From Dictyostelium discoideum (lineage: Eukaryota), in contig CM000151.3 of assembly GCA_000004695.1 (NCBI GenBank), forward strand, positions 7,424,001-7,488,000: 64,000 nt of DNA. The letters run 5' to 3'. The notes under the pieces were generated by a model. It saw only the letters and a program-made list of their open reading frames with translations. It was not told where the DNA came from and ran no database searches. A program made the translations under genes and the position numbers. Shown here piece after piece: positions 23,614 to 37,222 of the stretch (position 1 is the stretch's first letter; each line of letters begins with the position of its first letter).

Positions 23614-25283
23614 ATTATCAGGTTGGATGTAGATGATGATTAAAGATTGTGATGTATGTTATTTTAATTTAAAGTTTCATATATATTCTATTTATATATA
23701 AGTTACTAATATACAATTATTTATATAATACAATTTTATCAAAAACACCTTTTTTTTTTTTTTTTTTGTGTTGGTTTTGGGTGAATTTTTAAAAGAAATT
23801 AATTTAAAAAAAAAAAATAAAAAAAAAAATAAAAATTAAAAAAAAAATAAAAAAAAAATAAAAAAATTGATTTTGTTTTAATTTTTTATTTTTTTTTTTT
23901 TAGATTAATATGAAAATCAATAAAAAATTTTAAGGGCATTTTCAGATAAATATAAGTGATCAAATTTTTTTTTTAGATTGACTGAAAATAATTATAAAAA
24001 AAAAAAAAAAAAAAATTTGGTTTCAAGATATTAAACAATTATTTTTTATTTTATAAACAAATAATAATTTAAATAAAACTAAAAATTATTAATTTCCAAA
24101 AATGTATTTTTTTAAACAATTTTTTTTTTATTTTCATTTTTTTTTTTTTTTTTTTTTCATTTTCTATAATTATTTGATTTAATTATTTTTTTTATAGCGA
24201 TTTAAAATAAATACTTTAAAAAAAAAAAAAATTAGAAAAAAATTGAAATCAAATCACAATCATTGAAATAGTGGTCATAGTTTAATTTACTTTTTTTAAA
24301 ATTTTTTATAATTCATTTATTTTTAGAATATTTTGTAGAATGAGACTAAAGTGGTAATTATTTTCTTTTTTTAAATTTTTTTTTTTTTTTTTTTTTCCAT
24401 ACACGAAATTATATTGGAAAAAAAAAATTTGTAAAAAATTCTACAACTACAATGATAAAATAATTGTATGGAATTAAGATTTTAAACACCCAAATTTATC
24501 ATAATAACACACTAATCCACTAACAAAAAAATAAAAAAAAAAAAAAATAAAATTGATTTATTGTTTGATTTTACAAAATTTGATAAATTGTAAAAAAAAA
24601 AAAAAAAAAAAAAAATTTTGTGTGTGATAGTTTGTGAAAAATTATTTGAAATTAAAATAATATTATAATATATATTAGAAAAATGTTGTATCTTTAATTA
24701 TTTTTCATACTAGTGTGTTAAATGAATTAAAGTGTGGTAATGAATAAATGAAAAAAAAAAAAAAATTAAAGTGAGAGAGTGTGTAAAAGTGGTAATGAAT
24801 GTGTGTTTGAGTGTGTTAAAAATGTGTTTACAAAATATAATAATTTAAATTCATTCATATTCAACTATGGAGAAAGCGTGTTTTCAAACACAATAAATGT
24901 GTAATAAAAAATACAATTAAATAATTATTTAATTTTTTGTGTGATTAAAAAAAAAAGAGTAAATTAGTAGTGCCACCCTCAAACAATTATAATAATAATT
25001 AAATAATATTAATATTTATTTAATTTTTTTATTTAATTTTTTTTCAAAACAATTCATAATATAAAATTATTCTTTTTTTTTTTTTTTTTTTTTTTTAAAA
25101 ATATTCAACTCGGTGATAATAATAATAAAAATAATAACAATAATAAGGAATTATAATCAAATAATAATATAGCTATAATCTATAATTACTATAGTAAAAT
25201 TACGTATACATATATAAATAATTATTATTATCATTGTTTTTAAAAATAAATAAATAAATAATAAAAAAAAAAAAAAAAAAAAA

Positions 25284-27310
25284 ATGAGAGTATTACTTGT
25301 ATTAGTTGCATGTTTAACATATTTTAGTGGTGGTGCATTAGCACAATGTAAGTTCCTTGAATTAAATAAAAAATAAAAAAACAAATAAAAAATTAAAGGA
25401 TTGAAAAAAAAAAAAAAACCAATTAGATTAAGTTTTTGGAAAAAAAAGTTAAAAAAAAAAAAAAATGAATCAAATAATAAAAACAATAATAATAAACATA
25501 ATTAGAATAAAAATATAGAAAAAAATCTAACTTAAATATATTTTTTTTTTTTTTTTTTTTTTCTAATATAGCATGTTCTTCATATTCTGGTGACAATTGT
25601 CCAAGTACTTGTTTCCAAGGATCATATGATATCCCATGTGGTGCACAAGTTAAATATTGTACAGAAATGAAAGATAATTGTGGAGAAGGTGGTGATGTTA
25701 AATGTTGGAAAGATGGTAGTAATCTCCCAGTCCAAACATGGAGTTCATGTGTTCCAAGTGAATTATTTGGTCCAAATGGTAAATTTAAACCAAGTGAAAT
25801 ACCAAATTCTTCAAATTGTCCAACAAATTGTGAAAATGGTGTAGAATGGGTTAATTTATGTGGTTTATCTTGCGATGCTAAAACAGCATGTTGCCCAGAT
25901 GTTTGTCAATGTAAAGGTGGTCAAACAAGTGGTGGTTCAACAACTGGTTCACAAACAAGTGGTGGTTCAACAAGTGGTGGTTCAACAACTGGTTCACAAA
26001 CAAGTGGTGGTTCAACAACTGGTTCACAAACTAGTGGTTCACAAACAAGTGGTGGATCATGTTCAAATACTCAATGTCCAAATGGATTCTATTGCCAAGT
26101 TCAAGGAAATAATGCAGTATGTGTTCCACAACAATCATCAACCAGTGGTGGTCATCAAAATGATCCATGTGATACCGTTCAATGTCCATATGGTTACAGT
26201 TGTGAATCTAGAGATGGCTTTGAAGCTAAATGTACTAGAGATGAAGATGAACCAACTCATAGACCAACTCATAGACCAAAACCACCACACGACAGTGATA
26301 AATACCTCTGTGATAATGTCCACTGCCCAAGAGGATACAAATGTAATGCTAAAAATGGTGTTGCCAAATGTATTGCCGGTTATGAAATTCCAAGAGTATG
26401 TCGTAACATCCAATGTCCAACCGGTTACAGATGTGAAGATCACAACCGTAATCCAATCTGTGTTTTAGAAGAAAGAGAGAATCCAGATAATTGTTTAACT
26501 TGTAATGATGTTAACTGTGAAGCCTCTGGTTTAGTTTGTGTTATGACTCGTGCTAGATGTAAGGTCGGTGCTGCTAAATGTTGTGATGTTCAACCAACTT
26601 GTATCAAACCATCAACCATCGCAGGCTCAACCATCGCTTCAATTGCTTCTACTATTGCTTCAACTGGTTCAACTGGTGCTACTTCACCATGTTCCGTTGC
26701 TCAATGTCCAACTGGTTATGTTTGTGTCGCTCAAAATAATGTAGCTGTTTGTTTGCCAAGACCTACCACTACCACCGGTAGCACATCTGACTCGTCTGCC
26801 CTTGGTTCAACCTCTGAAAGCTCTGCCTCTGGTTCCTCTGCTGTTTCAAGCTCTGCCTCTGGTTCTTCTGCTGCTTCATCTTCACCATCATCATCTGCTG
26901 CAAGCTCTTCTCCATCTTCATCTGCTGCAAGCTCTTCTCCATCTTCATCTGCTGCAAGCTCTTCCCCATCTTCATCTGCATCATCAAGCTCTTCCCCATC
27001 TTCATCTGCATCATCAAGCTCTGCCCCATCTTCATCTGCATCATCAAGCTCTGCTCCATCTTCATCTGCATCATCTTCATCTGCATCATCTTCATCTGCA
27101 TCATCTGCAGCAACTACAGCTGCAACTACAATTGCAACTACAGCTGCAACTACAACTGCAACTACAACCGCAACCACAGCTACAACCACAGCCACAACCA
27201 CAGCTACAACCACAGCTGCAACCATAGCTACAACCACAGCTGCAACTACAACTGCAACTACAACCGCAACCACAGCTACAACCACAGCTACAACCACAGC
27301 TACCTCTTAA
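25284..27310 (+). CDS. Secreted Cys-rich protein with repeated C-P-x-G-[YF]-x-C modules and a C-terminal Ser/Ala- then Thr/Ala-repeat (mucin-like) tail. Spore-coat (SP96/Cot-like) or extracellular-matrix type. join(25284..25347, 25572..27310).
   Basis: ATG at 25284 gives the signal peptide MRVLLVLVACLTYFSGGALAQ. GTAAGT donor at 25348 and ..atatag acceptor at 25571 are in frame with ORF 25667..27310. Five repeats of QCPxGYxCxxxxxxxxC. Tail (SSSASSSSAPSSSA)n then (ATTA/ATTT)n. Confidence 0.7.
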
Positions 27311-27877
27311 ATTTAATCAAAAAACATTTTTTATCAAGTATCACTACAATAATAATTTTAATAATAATAGTATCAAAAAATGATATTAAAAATCCCCTTT
27401 TTTTCTCTATAATTTTTAAATTAAATATAAAATAAATAAAAAAAAAAAAAAAATCTCCAAGTTTCAAAAAAAAATTTTATTTTTATTTTTTATTGATAGG
27501 TATAATATTAATTTTTAAAAAGTAATATTATTTATAAATAAATAATTTTTAAAAAGTGATATTATTTATAAATAAATAATTTTTAAATTTTAAAATTGTA
27601 AACTTGAGAGATATAAAAAAAAATTTAATATTTTTTTTTTTAAAATAAAATTATAAAATAAATAAAAATTAAAAATTAAAAAGTCTGATTTAAAAATTTA
27701 AAGTCTTGTAAAAAAAAAATATTTTTTTATAACCTTTTTATTATTTTAATTTTTTTTATTTTATTTTTTTTATTTATTTTTTATTTTTCACTTTTTTTTT
27801 TTTTTTTTTTTATAAATGGTGGTTAATTAAAGTTTATTGATCAAAAGTTTAATAATAATAATAATAAAAAAAAAAAA

Positions 27878-27943
<66 letters not shown>

Positions 27944-27944
<1 letters not shown>

Positions 27945-29443
27945 TGATAGAACCCCAAAATAATAAGAATATTAATAATAATATTTATAATAATAATAAT
28001 AATAATTTTAAAATGAATCAAGATGAAAATCAATTAATTTTAAATTCAAAACAATTATTAGAAAAAATTAAAATAAGTAAAAAAAAAAATCCACAATTAA
28101 AATTTATTAGAGTTTGTTGGATTGATATTTCAAATAAAATTAGAACTAAAGCAATTAATATCGATTGGATATTAAATCATGAACCAAAATTAATCCATGT
28201 TTCAATTACAAATGTTTGTATGTCCTTATTATGTTTTGAAGATTCAGTCACAATAGAAGCTTTAAAAAGTGAAAATTTTGGTGAAGCTTTTTTAATTCCA
28301 ATAACAACAACAAAATTAAATATTTTACCATATTGTCCAAGTCATATTCAAATTTTTGGTGAATTTTTTTATTTAGATAATGAAAGTAAAAAATTAAAAC
28401 CATGGTTATTATGTCCAAGAAATTCATTACAAAGAGCAATTGATAGATTAAAAAATAAATTTGGTATTTCACTAAAAGGTTCATTTGAAGAGGAATTTTA
28501 TTTAATTAAAAAAGGTGATAATAATAATTCATCGGTGGCATCATTATTAAATTCAATTGAAAAATTAGATCATGGTACATTTGCAAATTATCATTCATTA
28601 GATTGTTATGGTGATATACTTGAAAAGATAACAAATGCACTTGAGGAACAAGGTTTACCAATTGAACAATTGTTATCAGAGAGTGGTTCAGGTCAATTTG
28701 AAATTACCATTGATTATACTGATATTATGGAAGCATGTGATAGACATATTATAGTACGTCAAACTATTAATTCCATAGCATCGTATAATGGATACATTGC
28801 AACATTTATTCCAAAACCATTTGATGGTTTAGTTGGGTCAGGTTGTCATGCTCATTTATCACTTTGGGATACGAATGATAGTAATTTAACACCGGATGCA
28901 AATGGTGAATGTGGTTTAAGTTTGGTTAATCAATTTTTTATAGGTGGTTTATTAAAACATTCAAAATCGTTAACTGCCCTATTCAACACAACTCCAAATT
29001 CATACAAAAGATTGAAACCATTTTATTGGAGTGGGTGTAACGTTTCTTGGGGATTGGATAATAAGGAATCCTTCATTAGAATACCCTCAAGTCCCTTCTC
29101 AGCCACTGATGGATGTAGTAACTTTGAAATTAAAACAATTGATCATACCTCAAATCCTTATTTGGCAATGGCTGGCATAATTCATGCAGGTTTTGATGGT
29201 ATTGAAAATTCAATAGCTCCACCACCTCCAACTTCATTATTTGATCAATCAGTCCTAAATAATCAATTAATTCCATCAAATTTTGAAGATGCTATTCAAT
29301 CTCTTAAAGAAAATCATTATCTTTGTGAAAATATTGGTAATGATATTTCAAATGCTTTCATTCATGTCAAACTTGCTGAAAATAAAATTTTAAAAGAATT
29401 ATCAGATGATGATCAAATATTAAAATTATTAGAATTATTTTAA
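27944..29443 (+). CDS. Glutamine synthetase-like protein (GS catalytic domain) with an N-rich N-terminal extension
   Basis: N-terminal beta-grasp-like FIRVCWIDISNKIRTKAI. Catalytic-domain motifs ..GSGCHAHLSLWD.. and ..NSYKRLKPFYWSG..SWGLDNKESFIRIP.. (the NSYKRL motif is typical of GS). Preceded by an (AAT)n tract. Confidence 0.7.
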
Positions 29444-29565
29444 ATGTTTAAAAAAAAAAAAAAAAAGGAAATAATTTTCAAATTTTATTATTTCAAATAT
29501 TTTAAAAATAAATTTTCTATATAAAATAAAAAAGAAATAAACCAAAACTCATTTAAGTGCCAAGA

Positions 29566-29607
<42 letters not shown>

Positions 29608-29990
29608 ATAATAATTTTTTTTTTTTTTTTTTTTAATTTGCAGTAATTTAATTTTATTTATTTTTAATATGATTGTGTATAGATAAATAGTGAACTCGAA
29701 AATACACAAAATGAAATATAAAAAAAACAAATAATTTTTTAAAAAAAAATAAAAAAAATAAAAAAACATAATGATTACATTCATTTTTTATATTTTATAT
29801 CACTTTGTGTATTTTTGGTTCCCTAGTTATCCATATACTGCAATCATATTAAGAATAAATCAAATCATTGTTTTTGAAAAAAAAATTTTTTTTTTTTTTG
29901 TTTCAATTTCACTTTTGTTTTGTCAAATAAATATTATTTTTTTTTTTTTTTTTTGAATTTTTTTTTCAATTTTTTCAATTTTTTTTTTTT

Positions 29991-30030
<40 letters not shown>

Positions 30031-30062
30031 TTTTCGAATCGCATACATACACATATTTTAAA

Positions 30063-30281
30063 ATGTCACAAAATAACCTTAAATTCACCGAATTCCTCAG
30101 CAATGTTAAATCCAAGGCTAACTCAAAGGGTTTCATGAAATTATTCGATATGTACCACAGACAAGTTGTCGTTAAGAAACCATTCAGCTTTTTAGTTCAC
30201 ATCATGTGTGGTCTTACTCTCACTTCATACGTTATTAGACACGATAAAGTTGAACATCACAAAACTCAACCATACCATTAA
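30063..30281 (+). CDS. Small hypothetical protein (72 aa) with one predicted transmembrane helix
   Basis: ATG in an A-rich context; compact ORF MSQNNLKFTEFLSNVKSKANSKGFMKLFDMYHRQVVVKKPFSFLVHIMCGLTLTSYVIRHDKVEHHKTQPYH; TAA followed by a T-run. No family recognised. Confidence 0.35.
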   Translation: MSQNNLKFTEFLSNVKSKANSKGFMKLFDMYHRQVVVKKPFSFLVHIMCGLTLTSYVIRHDKVEHHKTQPYH

Positions 30282-30939
30282 ACTTTTTTTTTAAAAAAAA
30301 ATTAATTATAAATATAAAAATATAATCATTTAAATGTAAGTTTTTTTTTTTTTTTTTTAAAAAAAATTTTATGTGTATCAATTTTCATACTAACCATAAA
30401 AAAATATATTCATTTTATTCTTTTTTTTTTTTTTTTTTTTTATAAATTTTTAGAATTTAAAGAAGTTATTGTAATGTCAAATAATAAAACAAAAAAAATA
30501 TAAAATAAAATAAATAAAATAAAATAAAATAAAAAAAAAAATAGAAAACCTTGTTTCAATAATATTAATAATAAATCTCTCATTTTTAAAATGTGATCGG
30601 TGCCAAAATTTTTTTTTTTTTTTTTTTTATTTTTTATTTTTTTTTTTTCTTTAATCTTTATTTTATTTTTTTTTATTTTTTTAAATATCTGGGAACCTTG
30701 AAAAAAAGATATTTTTTTTTTTATTTTTATTTTAATTCTTTTTTTTTTTTTTTTTCAATTGATCATTTTTTTTTCTTTTTTTTTTTTTTTTCTTTTTTTT
30801 TCTATTCACCTTAGGAGATCGTATTCGGTTTCGAATATTATATTATATTTTATATATTGAATAGGTTGACCAACCAATACAATTATTATAATAATTAATT
30901 TTTTATATTTTTTATTATTAATATTTTTAAAATTAAATA

Positions 30940-31965
30940 ATGACAATACCATTAACAACAACCACAATTGTGAATCCAACATTTTTACTATGGATAATTG
31001 TAATATTAGTTCCTGTCACATTAATCACTACATATACTATGACTGATGAATTACATCCAGATTCTCAAATAATTCCTTTTATTTCTTCTTCAATTAATAA
31101 TGCACCAGGTATAAAATTCAAAATTATAATTTTTTTTTTTTTTTTTTTTTCCTAATTTAATTATTACTATTATTAAAATTACTCAAAAATAATTTTTTAT
31201 TTAGAAAGTTGTATTGGATCATATGGATTATCAATTGCATCATTTATTATGGTTATTGTAACATTAATAAAATATTTAATAATTAAAGATAATATTATTA
31301 ACTATCAAGGTGAAATTAATCAAGAGAGTAAAATGAAATTTAATAAATTCATAGCGTCAATGGGTATTATTAGTGGTTTCTCACTTAATGGTGTTGCATC
31401 TTTTCAATATAAAAATGCGAGTGTTCCACATTTAATTTTCGCTGCTCTTTTCTTTATTTGTGGATTTATTTTTATTTTAACTCAAACTATAATTGATGAC
31501 CAAATTAGTAATAATTCAAATAGAATTAAAAATATTAGAAAAGTTTTAATTTTTATTTGTTGTTTATTCATACCTTGTAAGTTTTTTTTATAATTTAAAA
31601 AAAAAAAAAAAAAAAATTAATTATTATTTTAATTATTTTTTTTAACGCTCTTTTTTATTTATTTTTATTTTATTTTTTTTTATTTATTTATTTTTTTTTT
31701 TTTTTAATCATAAAATTTAAATGATTTTATTAATTATAATAATTATAAAAATTATAAAAATTATAAAAATTCAAATTATATTAATAATTAATTTATAGAT
31801 GTAATTTTACAATTTATTCAAAATCCAATTGCAAAAAATATCTCGGCAATATTTGAAATTTCATCGGCCAGTTGTATATTCATTTATATGGTTTCTTTCT
31901 TTTTTGAATTTTCAAAGGTTAATTTGAATATAGAATTTTCTAATCACAACTATGGAAAAATATAG
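30940..31965 (+). CDS. Multi-pass membrane protein, probably Frag1/DRAM/Sfk1 (TMEM150-like) family; three exons join(30940..31108, 31205..31576, 31799..31965)
   Basis: ATG at 30940. GT donor at 31109 with ttatttag acceptor at 31204. GTAAGT donor at 31577 with atttatag acceptor at 31798. Frames verified through to TAG at 31963-65. About 236 aa with about 6 hydrophobic helices and the segment ..NGVASFQYKNASVPHLIFAALFFICGF.. reminiscent of DRAM/TMEM150. Confidence 0.5.
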
Positions 31966-31978
31966 AATCTATTAATAG

Positions 31979-32009
<31 letters not shown>

Positions 32010-32165
32010 AAATGAGAAAAAAAAAAAAAAATAAAAAAGAAAAATTCTCTATTTTTTCAGAAATAATCAAAGGACCACCTTTTTTAAAAAATAAAAAAAA
32101 AAAAATAAAAAAATAAAAATATTGAATTTAATATTCTTTTTTTTTTAAAAAAAAATTTTATTTAA

Positions 32166-32196
<31 letters not shown>

Positions 32197-32438
32197 TTTC
32201 AGTTAAATAGCGGTTGTTAAACTATAATAATGAAAATTAATCTCAAGAGATCACAAAAGAATACGTTTTCGTATTAATACAGGATCTTTGTGTTTTTTTT
32301 ATTTTTTTTTTTTATTTTATTTTATTTTTTTTGAAATTAAAAAAAGGGAATAATTTAATTTAATTTATTTTTTATTTTTTTTAATTTTTAATTTTTAATT
32401 TTTTTTTTTAATTTTTTTTTTTAAAGAATTATAAGAAC

Positions 32439-32499
<61 letters not shown>

Positions 32500-32560
32500 T
32501 ATAGGTTTTTATATGTTTAATTTATAAATAAAATTTTGTTTTTATTTTTTTTATTTATTA

Positions 32561-32591
<31 letters not shown>

Positions 32592-32798
32592 AAAAGAAAA
32601 AATTATTTATTTAATTTACTGGAGATACACAATAGAGTAAAAATAAAAATAAAAAAAAAGAAGTTTGAAAGTTTTTGGGTATGTATTCTATGATTAACTT
32701 TCTTTTAAAAATTAGTTAATTAATTTATTTTAAACAAGGAATAATTTTATTTTTTTTGTTTGGTTTGAATTTTCCATTTATTATTGTTATTATTATTA

Positions 32799-32869
<71 letters not shown>

Positions 32870-33249
32870 TTTATTTGTTTATATGTTGTTTAATAATTCC
32901 AATAATAAAATAACAATAAAATAACAATAAAATAACAATAAAATAATAATAAAAATAATAAAATTATAAAAATGTAAACCCCAATAACAAATGAGTAGCA
33001 AAAGTAAAAGAGAGAAAAAGAGATATCTTGGTGTTTTTTTTTTTTTTAAAATAAAAAAAAAATAATAGGTTTCAACAAAACAAATATACACCACACCACC
33101 ACAAAACCTCTCACTAACATATTCAAATTATAATTTACCTCACAAAAAATAATAATAATAATAAAAAAAAAAAAAAATAAAATAAAATAAAATAAAATAA
33201 TAATAATAAAAAAAAATAATAATAGTAATAACAATACAAAAACAACAAT

Positions 33250-33287
<38 letters not shown>

Positions 33288-33882
33288 AACAAATAAACAG
33301 TGTAGTGAAACTTTAGTTTTTTTTTTATTTTTTTAATTATATTATTATTATTATTTTTTCTTTATTTAAATTATTCTTATTTTTTATTTATTTATTTATT
33401 TATTTTAAAAAAACAAACAAGATTACTTTAATCAATATCAATTATTTTTTTCATTATTTTAATTATTTTTCTCATTTTTATCATTTTTTAAGCATGGTAA
33501 AAAAACAAAAAAAAAAAATAAAAAATAAAAAAAAAATAAAAAATTAAAAAAAAAAAATTTTAAAAATTTTAAAATTTTTTTTTTTTGAGGTGTAACCACT
33601 CTCACAAAAAAAAAAAAACCTCACATAAAAAAGCAATTTAGTTGTGTAAATAAATAGATATTAATTATAATTTTTAACATATAATATTATTGTACATAGG
33701 AAATTTATAAATATATATAATAATAAAATAATAATTATTTTTTAGGTATATAAATAATAAACGATAAAATATTTTATATTATAAACCAATACATAATAAT
33801 CATACATATAATTATATATATATATTTAAACCATATAATAGAATAAAATATAAAACAACAAAAACAACAAAAACAACAGTAG

Positions 33883-33919
<37 letters not shown>

Positions 33920-33974
33920 ACAGAAAAAAAAAAAAAAAAAGTTAAATAAAATATATATTTTTATATATTTATAT

Positions 33975-34665
33975 ATGATGGATCCATCCACTATATCACC
34001 ACCATTGTCACCATCTCCATGTTTTCTATTAGGTTCACCAGCACCACCGTTTTCAACAACTATGCCCCAACCACCAACATTATTTTTATCGAACCCAAAT
34101 AATAGTAGTAGTAATAGTACATCATCATCGTCATCATCTTGTCCAACAAATAATAATCATTTAAACCGTGGTCAAAATAACCAATCGAATCATCATTATC
34201 ATCACACAACAGAGTCAAATAATCAACTTTCTTTATCTTTATCCTCTTCGACTATACAAACACAAGAACTACCAAATCAAAATTTAGTAATACCACTTAA
34301 TTCTTCTTTATCAACAGTACCAGTACCACCACATAATAATAATAATAACAATAATAATAATATTAGCAATAATATTAATAACAATAACAATAACAATAAT
34401 AATAATAATAATAATAATAACAATAATAATAATAATAATAATAGTAGCATAAACAATAATATTAATAACAATAATGATAATAATAATAATAATAATAGCT
34501 TAAATAATGACGATACTGATACTAATAAAAGCAATAATGAAAACATTAAAGTCCATCATGACACCATTAATAGTAGTGGTTTAGTGCTCGATACCAATAT
34601 TATCAATAGTGAAAAAATGGATATAGAGATTAAAATTAATAGTAACGATATAAACGGAAATAATG

Positions 34666-34700
<35 letters not shown>

Positions 34701-34704
34701 GATG

Positions 34705-34735
<31 letters not shown>

Positions 34736-36563
34736 TAATAATAATAGTAATAGTAATAATAATAATAACAATAATAATGATAGTAATAATAAAAATGATA
34801 CATCAAATGATGATATTAATACCATTGAGTCCGATATTAATAGTGGTAGTAATAACAGTAGTGAAAACAATAATAGTAAAAATAGTAATAGTTTAAATTT
34901 TCCACAATCATTTTTAAGTGATCCAAATTCACCTTTATTCGAAAATGAAAAACAATCTTCCTCTATCTCACAACCATTAGAAAAAAGTAATATTAATAAT
35001 AACAACAATAATGATAATAATAACAATGACAATAGTGATGATAGAAATAATATTAATTGTAATAACAATATTTTAGAAAATGAAAATAAAAATGAAAATG
35101 AAAATGAAAATAAAAATAATAATTCAACTACCACTAATAGTAACACTACAATTTTTGATCAAACAAATATTAATAGTATTATTCCAAACACAACAACTAC
35201 AACAACTACAACAACCACTACCTCGACGAACTCATCAACTACAACACCAACAGCAACAACAACAACAACCACCACAACAACAAATTTACAATCAAATTAT
35301 AATTTTAATTTTAATCCATTAAAGAGAAGTTTAGATATTGAAGCACAATTAGATAGAGAACATATGGAATTAAAGAGAAGACAAAAAGCTCAATTAAAAA
35401 CACACACATTAGAATATCAATTAAGACAAAGAGAAATGTCAAGACCAAAACCTGGTACAGCATCTCTTCAATCGAGAAAGTTTTATTTAAATATCGCACC
35501 TGACAAGACTGTGTATAACATTGACGTACCAAATTGTATCATTAAAAAGTTCACATCCGATGGTGAAAAGTTGTTATGTTTTTCAAGAGATTTCAAAGAG
35601 ATTCAATTGTATCGTTTCATTGGTTCAAACTTTAACATACCAAAAGGTGCTACAAAAGAATCTAAAGAGAAAATTGAAAAAAACTTTAATACTTACTTTC
35701 GTTTACTCTATCAATCTCATGTTCCAAATTTTAATGAATATTTATGTCGTGATTTCTCTTTAACAACTTTATGTGGTAATTATGTAAGTGTTTTTTTTTT
35801 TTTTTTTTTTTTATATTTTAAAATTAAATTTATTTTATCATTTCATTAACAATTATATAAAAATATATAATAGTTTATATTAGCATCAAGTGGTCAATCA
35901 TCAACATTAGGCAATCAAGCACAAAATAATCAAATAAATAATATATTAGAACATCAAGATATTAATAGAAATAGAAATGTCGTACAATCATTGAATTTAC
36001 CAAATTGCGAAGATATCACATTTTATTTAGTGAGTATTAATGATGGTGTAGTTAGAGATAAGATCACATTTAAAAGGGATGTGATTCATTTGGCTCATCA
36101 TTCTGGCGTATATTTGTATAAGGATTTATTCATTGTATTGTCACTACAATATCAAGCAATTCATATATTCCAAATAAAGGATACCAACTTTGTAAATTTA
36201 AAAACCATTGGTCCACATTGTAACGAGGATGATCAAGCAGAGATTGATGACCTTGCAAAGAAAGAAATACCTCATTTAAAAGCTGCTCACGAGAAAAAGC
36301 TTTTACATGATAGTTATTCAACAATCACCCCAATGAATCCTTTATTTGCTCAATTCTATATAAATAAAACTTTGAATGCTCAATCGAATAATGGAAAAGA
36401 TTTAAATCCAAAAATTTCAAATTCACTTAATAAAACCATAATAAATAATAATATTAATATTAATAATAATAATAATAATAACAATAATAATATAAATAAT
36501 AGTAATAACAATAATATACACCACAATCATCATCATCACCACCATCATCACCATCACCACAAC

Positions 36564-36642
<79 letters not shown>

Positions 36643-36786
36643 CACCACAACATGGTTTAAATAATATTTTAACAGCATCATTAAATTTATCATCTTCGAA
36701 TGTATTGAATTCATCTACTGCCACTGCACGTAATATACCTTTATCAACTACCACAACAAATATCCCTCCAACCGATCACCCAATTC

Positions 36787-36845
<59 letters not shown>

Positions 36846-37045
36846 CCACAACCACAACAATTACAATTACCACAACATCAGCATCAACAACAACAACAAC
36901 AACCACATCAACAACCACATCAACATCAACAACAACAACATCAACAACCACATCAACAACCACATCATCAACAACAACACCACCAAAACAATCATCAACA
37001 ACATCAACAACATCAACAACACCAACATCATCAACAACAACAACT

Positions 37046-37081
<36 letters not shown>

Positions 37082-37110
37082 CCACCAACATCAACAACAT
37101 CATCATCATC

Positions 37111-37189
<79 letters not shown>

Positions 37190-37191
37190 CC

Positions 37192-37222
<31 letters not shown>

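Noticed and set aside
26731-27297. Minus-strand ORFs (poly-V/A, MQMKM repeats) and plus-strand alternative-frame ORFs over the 3' end of the SP96-like gene
   Set aside because: They are generated by the perfect Ser/Ala and Thr/Ala coding repeats. Only the frame continuous with the Cys-rich domain and signal peptide is credible.
35780-35995. Apparent 1-nt disagreement between the printed sequence and the ORF-track coordinates around the A-run at about 35820 (ORF ends 35849 and starts 35991 versus my reading 35848 and 35990)
   Set aside because: It cannot be resolved without tools. It probably comes from my counting of a homopolymer in the printed lines. It does not affect the gene model, but coordinates in 35800-36000 may be off by 1 nt.
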